Source: an uncultured Candidatus Actinomarina sp.
GTDB lineage: Bacteria; Actinomycetota; Acidimicrobiia; Actinomarinales; Actinomarinaceae
NCBI GenBank assembly: GCA_902555055.1
Contig: CACDQN010000003.1
Location: forward strand, 15,860 to 79,859
Reading direction: 5' to 3'
Length of the DNA: 64,000 nt
Numbering within the stretch: position 1 is the stretch's first letter; the number at the start of each line of letters is the position of its first letter. Under the pieces are notes generated by a model that saw only the letters and a program-made list of their open reading frames with translations, was not told the DNA's origin and made no database searches. The translations under genes were made by a program, and so were the position numbers. Below are positions 37,693-47,233 of the stretch, piece after piece.

Positions 37693-40110
37693 TTGAAGGA
37701 AAAATTGTACTTTATTTCATTGGGTTTGCTGGGTGCAGTTTCATTAATTTCACCCCCAGGTTTTCTTAGACTCGGTTTTATCGAGCTTTCAGATTTTTTA
37801 GTATTATTATTTTCTGCATTACTATTTTATGATTTTATTAAAAATCATGATTATAAAAAGATAAACTTTTCTTCACCTTCAGTAAGATTTTGGGGACTTT
37901 TATTAGTAATTTTATTTTTTTCATTAATAATCTACGGCCTTAATGTTTTGATTTTTAGATTAATGTTTTATTGTATTCTCGGATACCTATTTTCGAATTT
38001 AGTTATTAAGAATACTCCTGAAAATTTAGAATATTTTATAATTCCTTTTTCAGTTGTTACACTTTTGAATTTTGTCGCAGTAATCTTTCAGCTTTCTTAT
38101 GTTGACAATACAATTGGCTGGATTTCTTACTTCTATGAAAATCCAACATTTCTTCAACGTGGTAGACTATCTGGATTTCAAGGCTCTGGTCCCAATGTTG
38201 CTGGAGGTTTGTTCACTATTCTCACATTCCTTAATTTGTATTTTTATAAAGAATTAAAAAAAACATACTTTATCTTTTTTTCTTTCGCTAATTTATTTTT
38301 AGTATTTTTAAGTTTTTCTCGCGGTTCATATTTATCAATAACTCTTGGAGCAATTCTTTACCTACTTTTTCAAAGAAAAAGTATAAAGCTTACACTTGCC
38401 ATATCACTAGCTTTGATATTTTCTGTACTCGGAATATTATTTGTTGGTGATTCTAAAATCCTGTTAAAAGAAAGTGATAGAAGTTTTTTAACACAAATAG
38501 CTATTGAAAATATTTCATTACATAAAGGACTTGGGCCAGGTCAGTACGTTGAAGAAATATACAATGATTATTTTCTATCAATCAATCCTGACATTCTTGA
38601 AGAAAATTTAAATATAAATCTTAATAGAGTTGAACTTGGTATAACGCCTGAGGAGTATAGAGATTCCAATATTGAGTTTTTTATTGGTACTTCAGGTGGT
38701 GGATATGAAATTTTAGTACAAAGTAAACTAATTACTGAATGTGCTGAAGACAGAATAACTTGTCAACATGTTCGGGTTAAGAGTTCTTTGTTAGTCGAAT
38801 TTTTATCTGCTGTTTTTCAAATAGACAATCTAACATTAAATAATTTAATTTCAAGTTCTGGTTGTATTGACAAGAAAAATTTAAACATTTTAAGAGGAGA
38901 ATTTTATTGTTTTTTAGATAAAATATATGAGGATAATTTATATCAAGAACTAGATACGGTCAATATCCCTCTTGGTTTCTTCTTTGTACCTTGCACTGAT
39001 GACACAGCAATATCATGCGAGAATAGAGAATTGGCTATTGGAGAGCTAGCTGTAATTGTTGAGCAATTAAGCATCAGAGAAAATATAGTCTCACTTGAAA
39101 ACTATAAAAAATATTGTATGGAATGTAGTTTTAGGAATACACAAGGTTTTATTAAAATGAAATTTCAAAAAAATGAAGGCATATTACCAAGAAGCTCTGT
39201 TTCCTTTTACACTTCTTCGGATTCTTTAAATTGGGATATGATAGGTTATCCAAGGACTTCTGGAGATGTAATTGAATTTAATAGTAACTCATCTTATTTA
39301 GAAATAGGTGGACATTCAGATGGCCAATCATTTGGTAATACTTTCTTCGATGCTATTGTTGAAGAAGTTACAATTTTAGATATTAATAATTTTAAGACTA
39401 CAAAATTTACAAAAGAAAATTTAGGAAATGATTATTTCGTGTTCAAGCCTAATTCTGTATCTCCATATAATGCAAATATAACTTTTGAAAATAATGGAAT
39501 CAAACTTTTTAGACCAAACAAATATTGGGTAGCTATTGAAAATAATTATGACTTTACTAATGATTTTGAAATAATCTTAAAACTAACACTTCCTGAAATA
39601 CCTTGGGATAGACAAACTTTAATTTCTAATACTTCAATCATAAATAATCAAGTCCAATCTTGGAAATTGGAAGTTGACGATGGACGATTGTTTCTTTATT
39701 GGGCTAATGACGATGGTGTATTCGTTGAATCAAACACAATTGGGGACAAAAGTTTAAGGAGTGGTGTGTTAGTTCAACAAGATGGAAAAATATCTAATAC
39801 ACAACCGCCTATTGTAGATCCTTCTTTTTTAAGCCAATTAACAACTGCTCATAATGGATATTTAACTTTTAGTGTCGAGTTTGGAGTGATTATTTCTGTT
39901 TTATTTTATTTTATTATTTTTTATTACATTCTCAAATTCCTATTTTCTAAAAAATTTAATAACATCTTTGCCTTGCTTGCAGTATTAATGTTTTTATTTC
40001 AAAACATAACAAATGATATGATATATTCACCCGATATGTTCTTCTTATTTACTATTAGCTTTGGATTTTGTTTTCAGTCGAGTAAGTCATTTGAAGAGAC
40101 GAAGTCATAA
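37693..40110 (+). CDS. Wzy/WaaL-family membrane protein with a giant Cys-rich + LamG-like extracytoplasmic insertion
   Basis: N-terminal ~255 aa are polytopic, with GFQGSGPNVAGGLF and FSRGSYLS (compare GFQAGGPNAFGGL / YSRASMI in 53793). The C-terminus has TTAHNGYLTF plus 3 TM helices. Between them lie ~460 aa with 8 Cys and LamG_3-like blocks (YLEIGGHSDGQSFGNTFFDAIVEEVTILD; FEIILKLTL...WKLEVDDGRLFLYWAND). TTG start is uncertain. Confidence 0.6.
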   Translation: MKEKLYFISLGLLGAVSLISPPGFLRLGFIELSDFLVLLFSALLFYDFIKNHDYKKINFSSPSVRFWGLLLVILFFSLIIYGLNVLIFRLMFYCILGYLFSNLVIKNTPENLEYFIIPFSVVTLLNFVAVIFQLSYVDNTIGWISYFYENPTFLQRGRLSGFQGSGPNVAGGLFTILTFLNLYFYKELKKTYFIFFSFANLFLVFLSFSRGSYLSITLGAILYLLFQRKSIKLTLAISLALIFSVLGILFVGDSKILLKESDRSFLTQIAIENISLHKGLGPGQYVEEIYNDYFLSINPDILEENLNINLNRVELGITPEEYRDSNIEFFIGTSGGGYEILVQSKLITECAEDRITCQHVRVKSSLLVEFLSAVFQIDNLTLNNLISSSGCIDKKNLNILRGEFYCFLDKIYEDNLYQELDTVNIPLGFFFVPCTDDTAISCENRELAIGELAVIVEQLSIRENIVSLENYKKYCMECSFRNTQGFIKMKFQKNEGILPRSSVSFYTSSDSLNWDMIGYPRTSGDVIEFNSNSSYLEIGGHSDGQSFGNTFFDAIVEEVTILDINNFKTTKFTKENLGNDYFVFKPNSVSPYNANITFENNGIKLFRPNKYWVAIENNYDFTNDFEIILKLTLPEIPWDRQTLISNTSIINNQVQSWKLEVDDGRLFLYWANDDGVFVESNTIGDKSLRSGVLVQQDGKISNTQPPIVDPSFLSQLTTAHNGYLTFSVEFGVIISVLFYFIIFYYILKFLFSKKFNNIFALLAVLMFLFQNITNDMIYSPDMFFLFTISFGFCFQSSKSFEETKS

Positions 40111-41186
40111 AAATTTTCATTAAGAATTAATACTTGAGCACCACCCTCTGTTGTGTAGTTATAGGTTGGAACAGTTAATTTATTGATATTATTAAAATTT
40201 ATATCTTTAAAATCCCATAAGAGATTAGTTGCTTCAATTATGGAAATATTTTCGTCAATTGTAAAAGTATTTTCTAGAGCATTTACAAATTTTAAAAAAT
40301 CATTGAATGAGCTAAAATTATTTATCCTTTGCATCATTGAAATAATAAGCTCCTGTTGTTTTTTAATTCTAGTTAGGTCACTGACGCCAGGCATCGGTTT
40401 CCAAGATGAAATATCTTCTCCATTTTCATTAGTAATTTTCTCTCCATCTAATATTTCAGTATTTCTAGAGACTATCCAATTAAGTGCAATTTCACCATTT
40501 AGTGTATTGCATCCTTTTTGAATTTCAAATGAGTAGCCCTCCCTTTGTGTTTCATTTACACAAATTTCAACTCCACCCATACTATCTATAATTTCTTCAA
40601 ATCCCTCAAAACTAAATTTTACAAAGTGATCAATTTTGAGTCCTGTAATATTTAATATTACTGCAGATAAATTTTCTGCGTTTGATCCGCATCCATTGTT
40701 TTTATATGAACTGTTAATTCTTTGGATATTTTGACTACAAGGGTCTTCTATAAGTAAATCCCTCGGAAGAGAAATAAGGGATACATTTTCTTCAGAATCA
40801 ATTATTACAATCATAATAACATCTGCTCTGCTGCCTTCTACTATTCCTCTACTTGCAGATGAAGATTCACTTCTTTCATCACTTCCAATAACTAAATATG
40901 AAGTAAATATTTTTTCAATCCTTTTAGTAGTATTATTAATTAACAAACTATCATAAATAGATGTTTCAAAGAGTTCTTCATCTTCTTTTTTAAGTTCAGT
41001 TTCAGGATTAGCAACCTGATTATTTTCCTCAATAGTCGTAGTTGTTATTGTTCCTGAGGAAATATCTTCAATAATATTGGTGTTAAATTCTTCTCTTTCA
41101 AAGTTAGGGATAAAGGAATAAGCTATTATTCCTACTAACAGAATCCCTACAAGCAAGAATGTTTGTTTATTGAATTTCATAGTCAA
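40074..41186 (-). CDS. LytR-CpsA-Psr (LCP) family glycopolymer-to-peptidoglycan phosphotransferase
   Basis: N-terminal TM anchor and LCP core (LVIGSDERSE...RADVIMIVIID...VSLISLPRDLLI). The 3' end overlaps the convergent 37693 gene by 37 bp. Confidence 0.8.
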   Translation of the reverse strand: MTMKFNKQTFLLVGILLVGIIAYSFIPNFEREEFNTNIIEDISSGTITTTTIEENNQVANPETELKKEDEELFETSIYDSLLINNTTKRIEKIFTSYLVIGSDERSESSSASRGIVEGSRADVIMIVIIDSEENVSLISLPRDLLIEDPCSQNIQRINSSYKNNGCGSNAENLSAVILNITGLKIDHFVKFSFEGFEEIIDSMGGVEICVNETQREGYSFEIQKGCNTLNGEIALNWIVSRNTEILDGEKITNENGEDISSWKPMPGVSDLTRIKKQQELIISMMQRINNFSSFNDFLKFVNALENTFTIDENISIIEATNLLWDFKDINFNNINKLTVPTYNYTTEGGAQVLILNENFYDFVSSNDLLD

Positions 41187-41225
41187 ATTACAACTTTAAT
41201 CAATATGTTCTTTTAATATAAGGAA

Positions 41226-41933
41226 ATGGAAAAAAATTATGTAGTTATTGCTGCTGGTGGCCTTGGAACTAGGTTAAAAAACTATAACAAAAATAATCAT
41301 ACAAAAGTTTTAATTGATATAAATGGGATAAGCATGATTTCTCTTCAAATTAAACAATTGATATCTTGGGGGTTATCTAATTTTGTTATAATTACAAATC
41401 CCGAATATCACAACATGATTAAAAATGATGTTGAATTAAATTTTAGTAATATAAATTTACAATTTGTTGTGCAGCAAGAGCCTAATGGCATTGCAGACGC
41501 ATTATCTTATGCAAACGACTTAATTCCAAAAAATTCATTAGTAACTTTTGTTTTAGGTGATAATTTTTTTGGCTCCAATCCATTATCTGATTTAAATTTA
41601 GATAATTTTACCGGAGCTCATTTGTTTGTTAAGGAAGTGTCAAATCCTCAAGAATTTGGAGTAATTGAAGTTGTAGACAATAAAGTAATTAATTTACATG
41701 AAAAGCCCCAAGACTATATTTCATCATATGCGGTTATAGGTCTATACATATATGAATATAAATGTTTTGATTATATAAATCTTTTAGAACCTTCAGAAAG
41801 AGGGGAATTGGAAATTACCGATTTAAATAAAATATTTTTGAACAAAGGAGATATCAGTTACAGTATTTTTGAATCTTGGTGGATTGATGCTGGTACAGAA
41901 GAACGCATTCAAACTTTAAAGAATCTACTTTAA
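41226..41933 (+). CDS. Sugar-1-phosphate nucleotidylyltransferase (RmlA/GalU-like short form)
   Basis: N-terminal VIAAGGLGTRLK signature, then GIADAL, VLGDNFF and HEKP blocks. 235 aa. Confidence 0.75.
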   Translation: MEKNYVVIAAGGLGTRLKNYNKNNHTKVLIDINGISMISLQIKQLISWGLSNFVIITNPEYHNMIKNDVELNFSNINLQFVVQQEPNGIADALSYANDLIPKNSLVTFVLGDNFFGSNPLSDLNLDNFTGAHLFVKEVSNPQEFGVIEVVDNKVINLHEKPQDYISSYAVIGLYIYEYKCFDYINLLEPSERGELEITDLNKIFLNKGDISYSIFESWWIDAGTEERIQTLKNLL

Positions 41934-42965
41934 AGGTTCCATTTTTTGAAATTTTAAATATAAAAAAATAATAAATAGCATATAAATCACAAATACAATC
42001 AATGACAAAGATTCAAATGCTATAGATACTGCTAGCAATACAAATATGAAAATATTAATTACTGAAAATAGCATCAAAATTTTTTGAACAGAATTTCCAT
42101 AATTCAATAATCTATGTGATATGTGATCAGTCCCTCCTTTTGTGGGAGATGTTTTATTTTTTACTCTATGAATAAATACAGTTAAAAAATCAAGCAAAGG
42201 AACTGTGAAAAAAAGGAATACAGGAGGTATTGAACTATATAGATAACTTTCACCTCCTGGATTCCAATCAAAAATTATACTTATAAATCCCAATATAAAA
42301 CCTATAAATAAGCTCCCTGAATCTCCCATGTAAATTCTTGCTGGTGGGAAGTTGAAAATTAAAAATCCAAGTATTGAAAGTAGTAATATAAAACTTACAT
42401 CCGCAAGATAGTTTTGATTAAAAATAAAAGCTAAAATTGTTATCGCAATACAGATAAACGCACTGTTTACTGCCGCAAAGCCATCCATGTTATCAATAAA
42501 ATTTATTGAGTTCATTAATACTACAATCCACAATACTGTGAAGAAAAAATTTAAATAATTAGAAAAATTTAATCCCGTGATATTTTCAATATTTATATAT
42601 TCTCCAAGAAATTGTATTGGCATACCAACAAATAAAAACTGAAAAAGAATTTTAATTTTCCAGCTTAAATTCAAAAAATCATCAATTACTCCTAGTATAG
42701 ATATTGCAAGAGCAAAAATAGATATTGTCACCATTTTTGGATCAGCTTCTCCTAGTAATCTAACGGATACAAAAAAACTTATCGCCATAGCTACACCACC
42801 AAGTGGAACTATATTCAAACTTGAAAGCCGTTGTTGTTGATTTTCTATAATCTTAAAATTCTTGTTCAATTTAATAACTATATTGCACAATATTAGAGAA
42901 AGCATAAATGCAAGAGTAGATGCCAGATATATCGAAAGTTGAAAATCTTCAAACAAATTCATCAT
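41925..42965 (-). CDS. Polyprenyl-phosphate HexNAc-1-phosphate transferase (WecA/MraY superfamily)
   Basis: NFIDNMDGFAAV and YMGDSGSLFIGF motifs with ~10 TM helices. Start placed at ATGATG 42965/42962. The track start at 43010 would overlap the upstream gene by 62 bp. Confidence 0.8.
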   Translation of the reverse strand: MMNLFEDFQLSIYLASTLAFMLSLILCNIVIKLNKNFKIIENQQQRLSSLNIVPLGGVAMAISFFVSVRLLGEADPKMVTISIFALAISILGVIDDFLNLSWKIKILFQFLFVGMPIQFLGEYINIENITGLNFSNYLNFFFTVLWIVVLMNSINFIDNMDGFAAVNSAFICIAITILAFIFNQNYLADVSFILLLSILGFLIFNFPPARIYMGDSGSLFIGFILGFISIIFDWNPGGESYLYSSIPPVFLFFTVPLLDFLTVFIHRVKNKTSPTKGGTDHISHRLLNYGNSVQKILMLFSVINIFIFVLLAVSIAFESLSLIVFVIYMLFIIFLYLKFQKMEPLK

Positions 42966-44046
42966 AGATTTTGTTAAATTCTTTAGCAATTGCTTCAACA
43001 GAATAATCACTATTTATAATATTTTTTGCATTCCCATAGTTAGATAACTCGTTATCTGAATTAAACGATTTTATTGCGTCAACATAACTTTCGATATCAT
43101 TGTTTTTGATTAGTAATCCAAAGTTAGTTTTCATAATTATTTCTTTAATTCCAGGAATGTCATTACAAATACAATACAAACCTGCATACATGCTCTCTAA
43201 AAGTATTCTAGAGAGTCCTTCATGATGGCTTGGCTGAATTAATATATCATAGTTGCAAAGCTCTTCATAAACATTAATTTGTCCCAGGTAATCCACATAG
43301 GGACTATTCTTTATACTTTCCAACTCTTCTTCGCTAATACTACTTTTATTTCCAAAGTCAGGTTTTCCTGCAATATAAAATTCTAAATTAGAATCTTCAT
43401 TCATAATTTTTGCAATTTTGATATATTCGTATATCCCTTTTTCTATCATCAATCTACCAACAAAAATAACTTTAGTTTTTGGATTCGTATCTGCTTTTAT
43501 TTTAATTTTCTTCGTATTCAGCCCACTTCCCTCAACAATTCTGGTTTTATTACTATATTTTGAATACTTAATAAAATCTTTCTTATTTTCAATATTTTGA
43601 AAAATAATTAAATCAACCTTTTTATTAATCTGTAAGATTATTAAAAATCTTGTTAAAAATTTTACAACTTTAGCTAATAGAGTATTAGCAAAAAGAAATC
43701 CTAATCCGGTAATGGAAACCATTACTTTAAATTCTTTATTATAAAAAATTGATGCAAAAATAAACATATAAAGTGACTTAATTGTAAATATATGTAAAGT
43801 GTCACTTTTGTCTATTTTTGAAAGTATTTTTCTTAATTGAATAATTCCTAAAACATCAAAAAAAATGTTTTTATTAGTGTTCCATAATATAGATTTATTG
43901 TAAATATTAATTACTTCTTCTGAATTTTCTTCAAGCGGACAAATTGAAGTTATTTTAAACTTGGTATCTAGAGATTTAACTATGTCAGCTCTTGATTGTT
44001 TTAATATCCAGTCAGAGTGCGCAAGATAATATATCATCAATGTCAT
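42949..44046 (-). CDS. GT4-family glycosyltransferase
   Basis: GT-B fold with an EX7E-type block HEGLSRILLESMYAGL. 365 aa. Co-directional with and overlapping the WecA-like gene. Confidence 0.75.
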   Translation of the reverse strand: MTLMIYYLAHSDWILKQSRADIVKSLDTKFKITSICPLEENSEEVINIYNKSILWNTNKNIFFDVLGIIQLRKILSKIDKSDTLHIFTIKSLYMFIFASIFYNKEFKVMVSITGLGFLFANTLLAKVVKFLTRFLIILQINKKVDLIIFQNIENKKDFIKYSKYSNKTRIVEGSGLNTKKIKIKADTNPKTKVIFVGRLMIEKGIYEYIKIAKIMNEDSNLEFYIAGKPDFGNKSSISEEELESIKNSPYVDYLGQINVYEELCNYDILIQPSHHEGLSRILLESMYAGLYCICNDIPGIKEIIMKTNFGLLIKNNDIESYVDAIKSFNSDNELSNYGNAKNIINSDYSVEAIAKEFNKIYDEFV

Positions 44047-44062
44047 TATAAAGTCTAAAAAT

Positions 44063-45268
44063 ATGTATCATCAAATTATGCAATTAGTTATTGTTGGAGT
44101 GGGTTATGTTGGTTTAATAACAGGCTTATCATTTGCTAAAATAGGACATAATGTAAGTTTTATTGATACTGATAAAGATAAAATCAATGTTTTAAATCAT
44201 TACCGCCCACCATTTATTGAGCCTGAACTTAAAGATTATCTTTTAAATTCAGAAGTACAACAAAACACCCAATTTTTTGATAATTACAACGATATAAAGT
44301 GGGACAGCATCGATGCAGTAATAATATGTGTTCAAACTCCAACTACTGAAGAAGGAGATGTGGATATCAGCTATATTTCTTCTGTTTTCCACAACATCAA
44401 AGATTTAATTGATAATGAAACTATAATTTGTATCAAGTCGACAATCCATCCTTTAGCTCTTGAAAAGCTCTTCAAAGACTCGTCTATTAATTATGAAGAT
44501 CTGGTTTTTAATCCAGAATTTTTAAGAGAGGGAAGTGCGTTTGCTGATTTTTTTCATACAGATAGAGTTATTGTTGGTTCTCTTAATAGTGAAAATATGA
44601 AGAAAATTGGAGAACTTTATAGCAGTCTTGATACAGAAATAATCTACACAGATCCAGTAAGTTCTCAATTAATCAAATATCTATCAAATGCATATTTACC
44701 TTTACGGCTGTCTTTTGTTAACGAGGCATCAAGAGTAGTTGACGAATTGAATGCTAATCAAGAAGATGTTTTAAGAGGTGTAGGTTTAGATTCTAGAATT
44801 GGCCTTGATTACTTTAGACCTTCTCCCGGCTGGGGTGGTTCATGTTTTCCAAAAGATGTAAAAGAAATTCAGGAACTCGCTAAAAATCAAAATTTAAATT
44901 TGCCATTAGTTCAATCAATTATTAATTCTAATGATGTGCATATAAGCTGGTTTACAGATAAATTGGTTGACATGTTGGAATCTAACAATTTAGAAAAAGT
45001 ATGTTTAATTGGAGCTTCATTTAAAGAAAATACTGATGATATAAGACACTCTCCAACATTTGCAATCTATCAAAAATTACAACAACGTAGTAAAAAGGTT
45101 GAAATATATGACAACTATGTTTTATCAGATTTTGTATTAAATGACTTTGATTTGTTAAAAGATTACTCTCTTATCGTTGAAATGTTTCCTTTGGATGATT
45201 CTTATAATAAGTTGAAAGATAAAACCCAAGAACTTCAAAACACTATCTACTATCGATTTTGGAATTAG
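44063..45268 (+). CDS. ugd: UDP-glucose 6-dehydrogenase
   Basis: Rossmann VGVGYVGL and catalytic Cys in GWGGSCFPKD. The alternative start ATG 44078 (MQLVIVGVGYVG) fits the family N-terminus better. Confidence 0.85.
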   Translation: MYHQIMQLVIVGVGYVGLITGLSFAKIGHNVSFIDTDKDKINVLNHYRPPFIEPELKDYLLNSEVQQNTQFFDNYNDIKWDSIDAVIICVQTPTTEEGDVDISYISSVFHNIKDLIDNETIICIKSTIHPLALEKLFKDSSINYEDLVFNPEFLREGSAFADFFHTDRVIVGSLNSENMKKIGELYSSLDTEIIYTDPVSSQLIKYLSNAYLPLRLSFVNEASRVVDELNANQEDVLRGVGLDSRIGLDYFRPSPGWGGSCFPKDVKEIQELAKNQNLNLPLVQSIINSNDVHISWFTDKLVDMLESNNLEKVCLIGASFKENTDDIRHSPTFAIYQKLQQRSKKVEIYDNYVLSDFVLNDFDLLKDYSLIVEMFPLDDSYNKLKDKTQELQNTIYYRFWN

Positions 45269-45271
45269 ATT

Positions 45272-46213
45272 ATGAAGTATTTAATAACTGGTGGGGCGGG
45301 ATTTATAGGCAGTCATTTGATTGGTAAAATTATAACGAAAGCTGATAAAGTTATTGTTCTAGATAATTTACTCACTGGTTCAAAAAAAAATATTGAAAAG
45401 TTCATTAAGTTAGATAACTTTGAATTTAAACCTCATGACATACAACATCACTATGATATTTCGGAAAAAATGGATTATGTGATTCATCTAGCTAGCTGTG
45501 CGTCTCCTTTAGCGTATACTAAATTTCCTATCAATACACTTAAGTCAGGAAGTATTGGCACTATAAACGCATTAGGAATTGCAAGAAAATTTAACTCTAA
45601 ATTTCTTCTTTCTTCGACATCAGAAATATATGGAGATCCGAAGATTTCCCCACAAAGTGAAGATTACTGGGGAAACGTTAATCCAACTGGTCCTAGAAGT
45701 ATGTACGATGAATCTAAAAGATTTGCTGAGGCGGCAACACAAGCATATGTTAGTGAATATGATTTAAATGCAAACATTATAAGAATATTTAATACATACG
45801 GAGAAAATATGCAATTAAATGATGGTAGAGTGGTAACTAATTTTATTGTTCAAGCTTTAAATAACGACAATATCACGATTTACGGTGACGGACTTCAAAC
45901 GAGATCTTTTTCTTACATTGAAGATACTGTTAATGGACTTTTACTAGCATTAAATTATCCAAAATCTGAAATTTTTAACATAGGTAATGATAATGAAATG
46001 TCCATTAAAGATTTAGCAACTTTAATTTTAGAATTGACTAAATCTGATTCTAAAATAATTTATAAAAAGCTACCAGTTGATGATCCATTGCAAAGAAAAC
46101 CAGATTTAACTAAATCAAAAAAAATATTAGGTTATCAGCCAAAAATCGATATAGTGACAGGATTATCAAAAACTATTCAATGGATAAAGAATAATTCAAA
46201 TAAAATTGTTTAA
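45272..46213 (+). CDS. uxs: UDP-glucuronate decarboxylase (UDP-xylose synthase type SDR)
   Basis: ITGGAGFIGSHL, STSEIYGDP, YDESKR and GDGLQTRSF blocks typical of UXS/ArnA-C enzymes. Directly follows ugd. Confidence 0.8.
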   Translation: MKYLITGGAGFIGSHLIGKIITKADKVIVLDNLLTGSKKNIEKFIKLDNFEFKPHDIQHHYDISEKMDYVIHLASCASPLAYTKFPINTLKSGSIGTINALGIARKFNSKFLLSSTSEIYGDPKISPQSEDYWGNVNPTGPRSMYDESKRFAEAATQAYVSEYDLNANIIRIFNTYGENMQLNDGRVVTNFIVQALNNDNITIYGDGLQTRSFSYIEDTVNGLLLALNYPKSEIFNIGNDNEMSIKDLATLILELTKSDSKIIYKKLPVDDPLQRKPDLTKSKKILGYQPKIDIVTGLSKTIQWIKNNSNKIV

Positions 46214-47233
46214 TCTTTTATTAAGTGAACTTAATGAATGATTTTTTAGATTATGGTTTATTGAATCAAAAAATTTATTTAGTTCATCTTCTTTTACATT
46301 TCTTAATAAATTAATTTTTTTAGTAAGGTCTGCCGTATTTTCAAAAAAATAATAAACTGAATAATTTTTATAGATACTGTTGAAATCTGAATTATGATAG
46401 AAATTCACTATTCCCATTGATAATGTTTCTAAAACGGACTTGTCAAAGAAACCTTCTCCAGCACAATTAAAATTAACATCATATTTTTTTAAAATACTTG
46501 GAAGATCGGCATGTTTTACCTTCCCCAAAAATTTAATATTATTAAAATTTTCATATTTTAATTTTAATTTTTTTAAATATTGCTCATCATCTTGATTAAG
46601 TGTGCCTCCAATAATATCTAAATTATTATCTCCTTCATTTGAATTTAGAAATGCATCAATACCAATTTCTAAATTTTTTGATTTAGAAATTCTAGATAAG
46701 ATTAAAAAATTATTTAATTCGTACTTGTCTTTTTGATTTACGAATTTGTCCTGGTTTATTGAATGTCCAATAACATGAACTTTTTCTGATTTGAAAGGAA
46801 ATGATGTTTGTGATGCAGTCAAAATTTTATCTGAAAGTTTAAAAGCAAAATATAAAATAATTTTTTTAAGTCCAAATTGTGGTCCAGGATGAGTAAACCA
46901 AAGAGTAGATTTTATATTTCTTCTTTTTAGTAAAAATGCAATTATAAAAACCGATATAGGTGACATGTGTGAAAAACAATTTTCATAATTTGTTTTTTTA
47001 ATTAATTCTTTTGCCGTTTTATAAAGAAACCTATATTTATATAATTTATTTACTTTATGAGTTGGGCCATGTATTGTTATTTTCTTATCTAATTCTGGTA
47101 ATTTACCAAGTCTTAGTGTTATAACATCTACTGCTTCATAGTTCTTTGAAATTTCTTCTAGCCACCCAATAGCAAATCCTAAAGATGTATCATCACTATC
47201 GATTGCAAGATTAAGATATAATAATTTACTCAT
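46196..47233 (-). CDS. Glycosyltransferase (GT-B fold, GT4-like)
   Basis: C-terminal half has NCAGEGFFDKSVLETLSMG (EX7E-like, one residue longer). Start set at MSKLLYLNLAID (47233). The track start 47269 overlaps the upstream gene by 44 bp. Confidence 0.5.
   Translation of the reverse strand: MSKLLYLNLAIDSDDTSLGFAIGWLEEISKNYEAVDVITLRLGKLPELDKKITIHGPTHKVNKLYKYRFLYKTAKELIKKTNYENCFSHMSPISVFIIAFLLKRRNIKSTLWFTHPGPQFGLKKIILYFAFKLSDKILTASQTSFPFKSEKVHVIGHSINQDKFVNQKDKYELNNFLILSRISKSKNLEIGIDAFLNSNEGDNNLDIIGGTLNQDDEQYLKKLKLKYENFNNIKFLGKVKHADLPSILKKYDVNFNCAGEGFFDKSVLETLSMGIVNFYHNSDFNSIYKNYSVYYFFENTADLTKKINLLRNVKEDELNKFFDSINHNLKNHSLSSLNKRLNNFI

Noticed and set aside
37618-37800. Integrative mobile element at the tRNA-bounded island borders (also 18389-18480)
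   Set aside because: I saw no integrase, recombinase, transposase or phage gene anywhere in the window, and no repeat of the tRNA 3' ends by eye. It is a flexible island, not a recognisable mobile element.
45382-45390. A9 homopolymer tracts inside uxs (and 21824-21832 in serC) as phase-variation switches
   Set aside because: Such runs encode Lys-rich segments and are common throughout this AT-rich window, including essential genes. There is no evidence of frameshifted variants.
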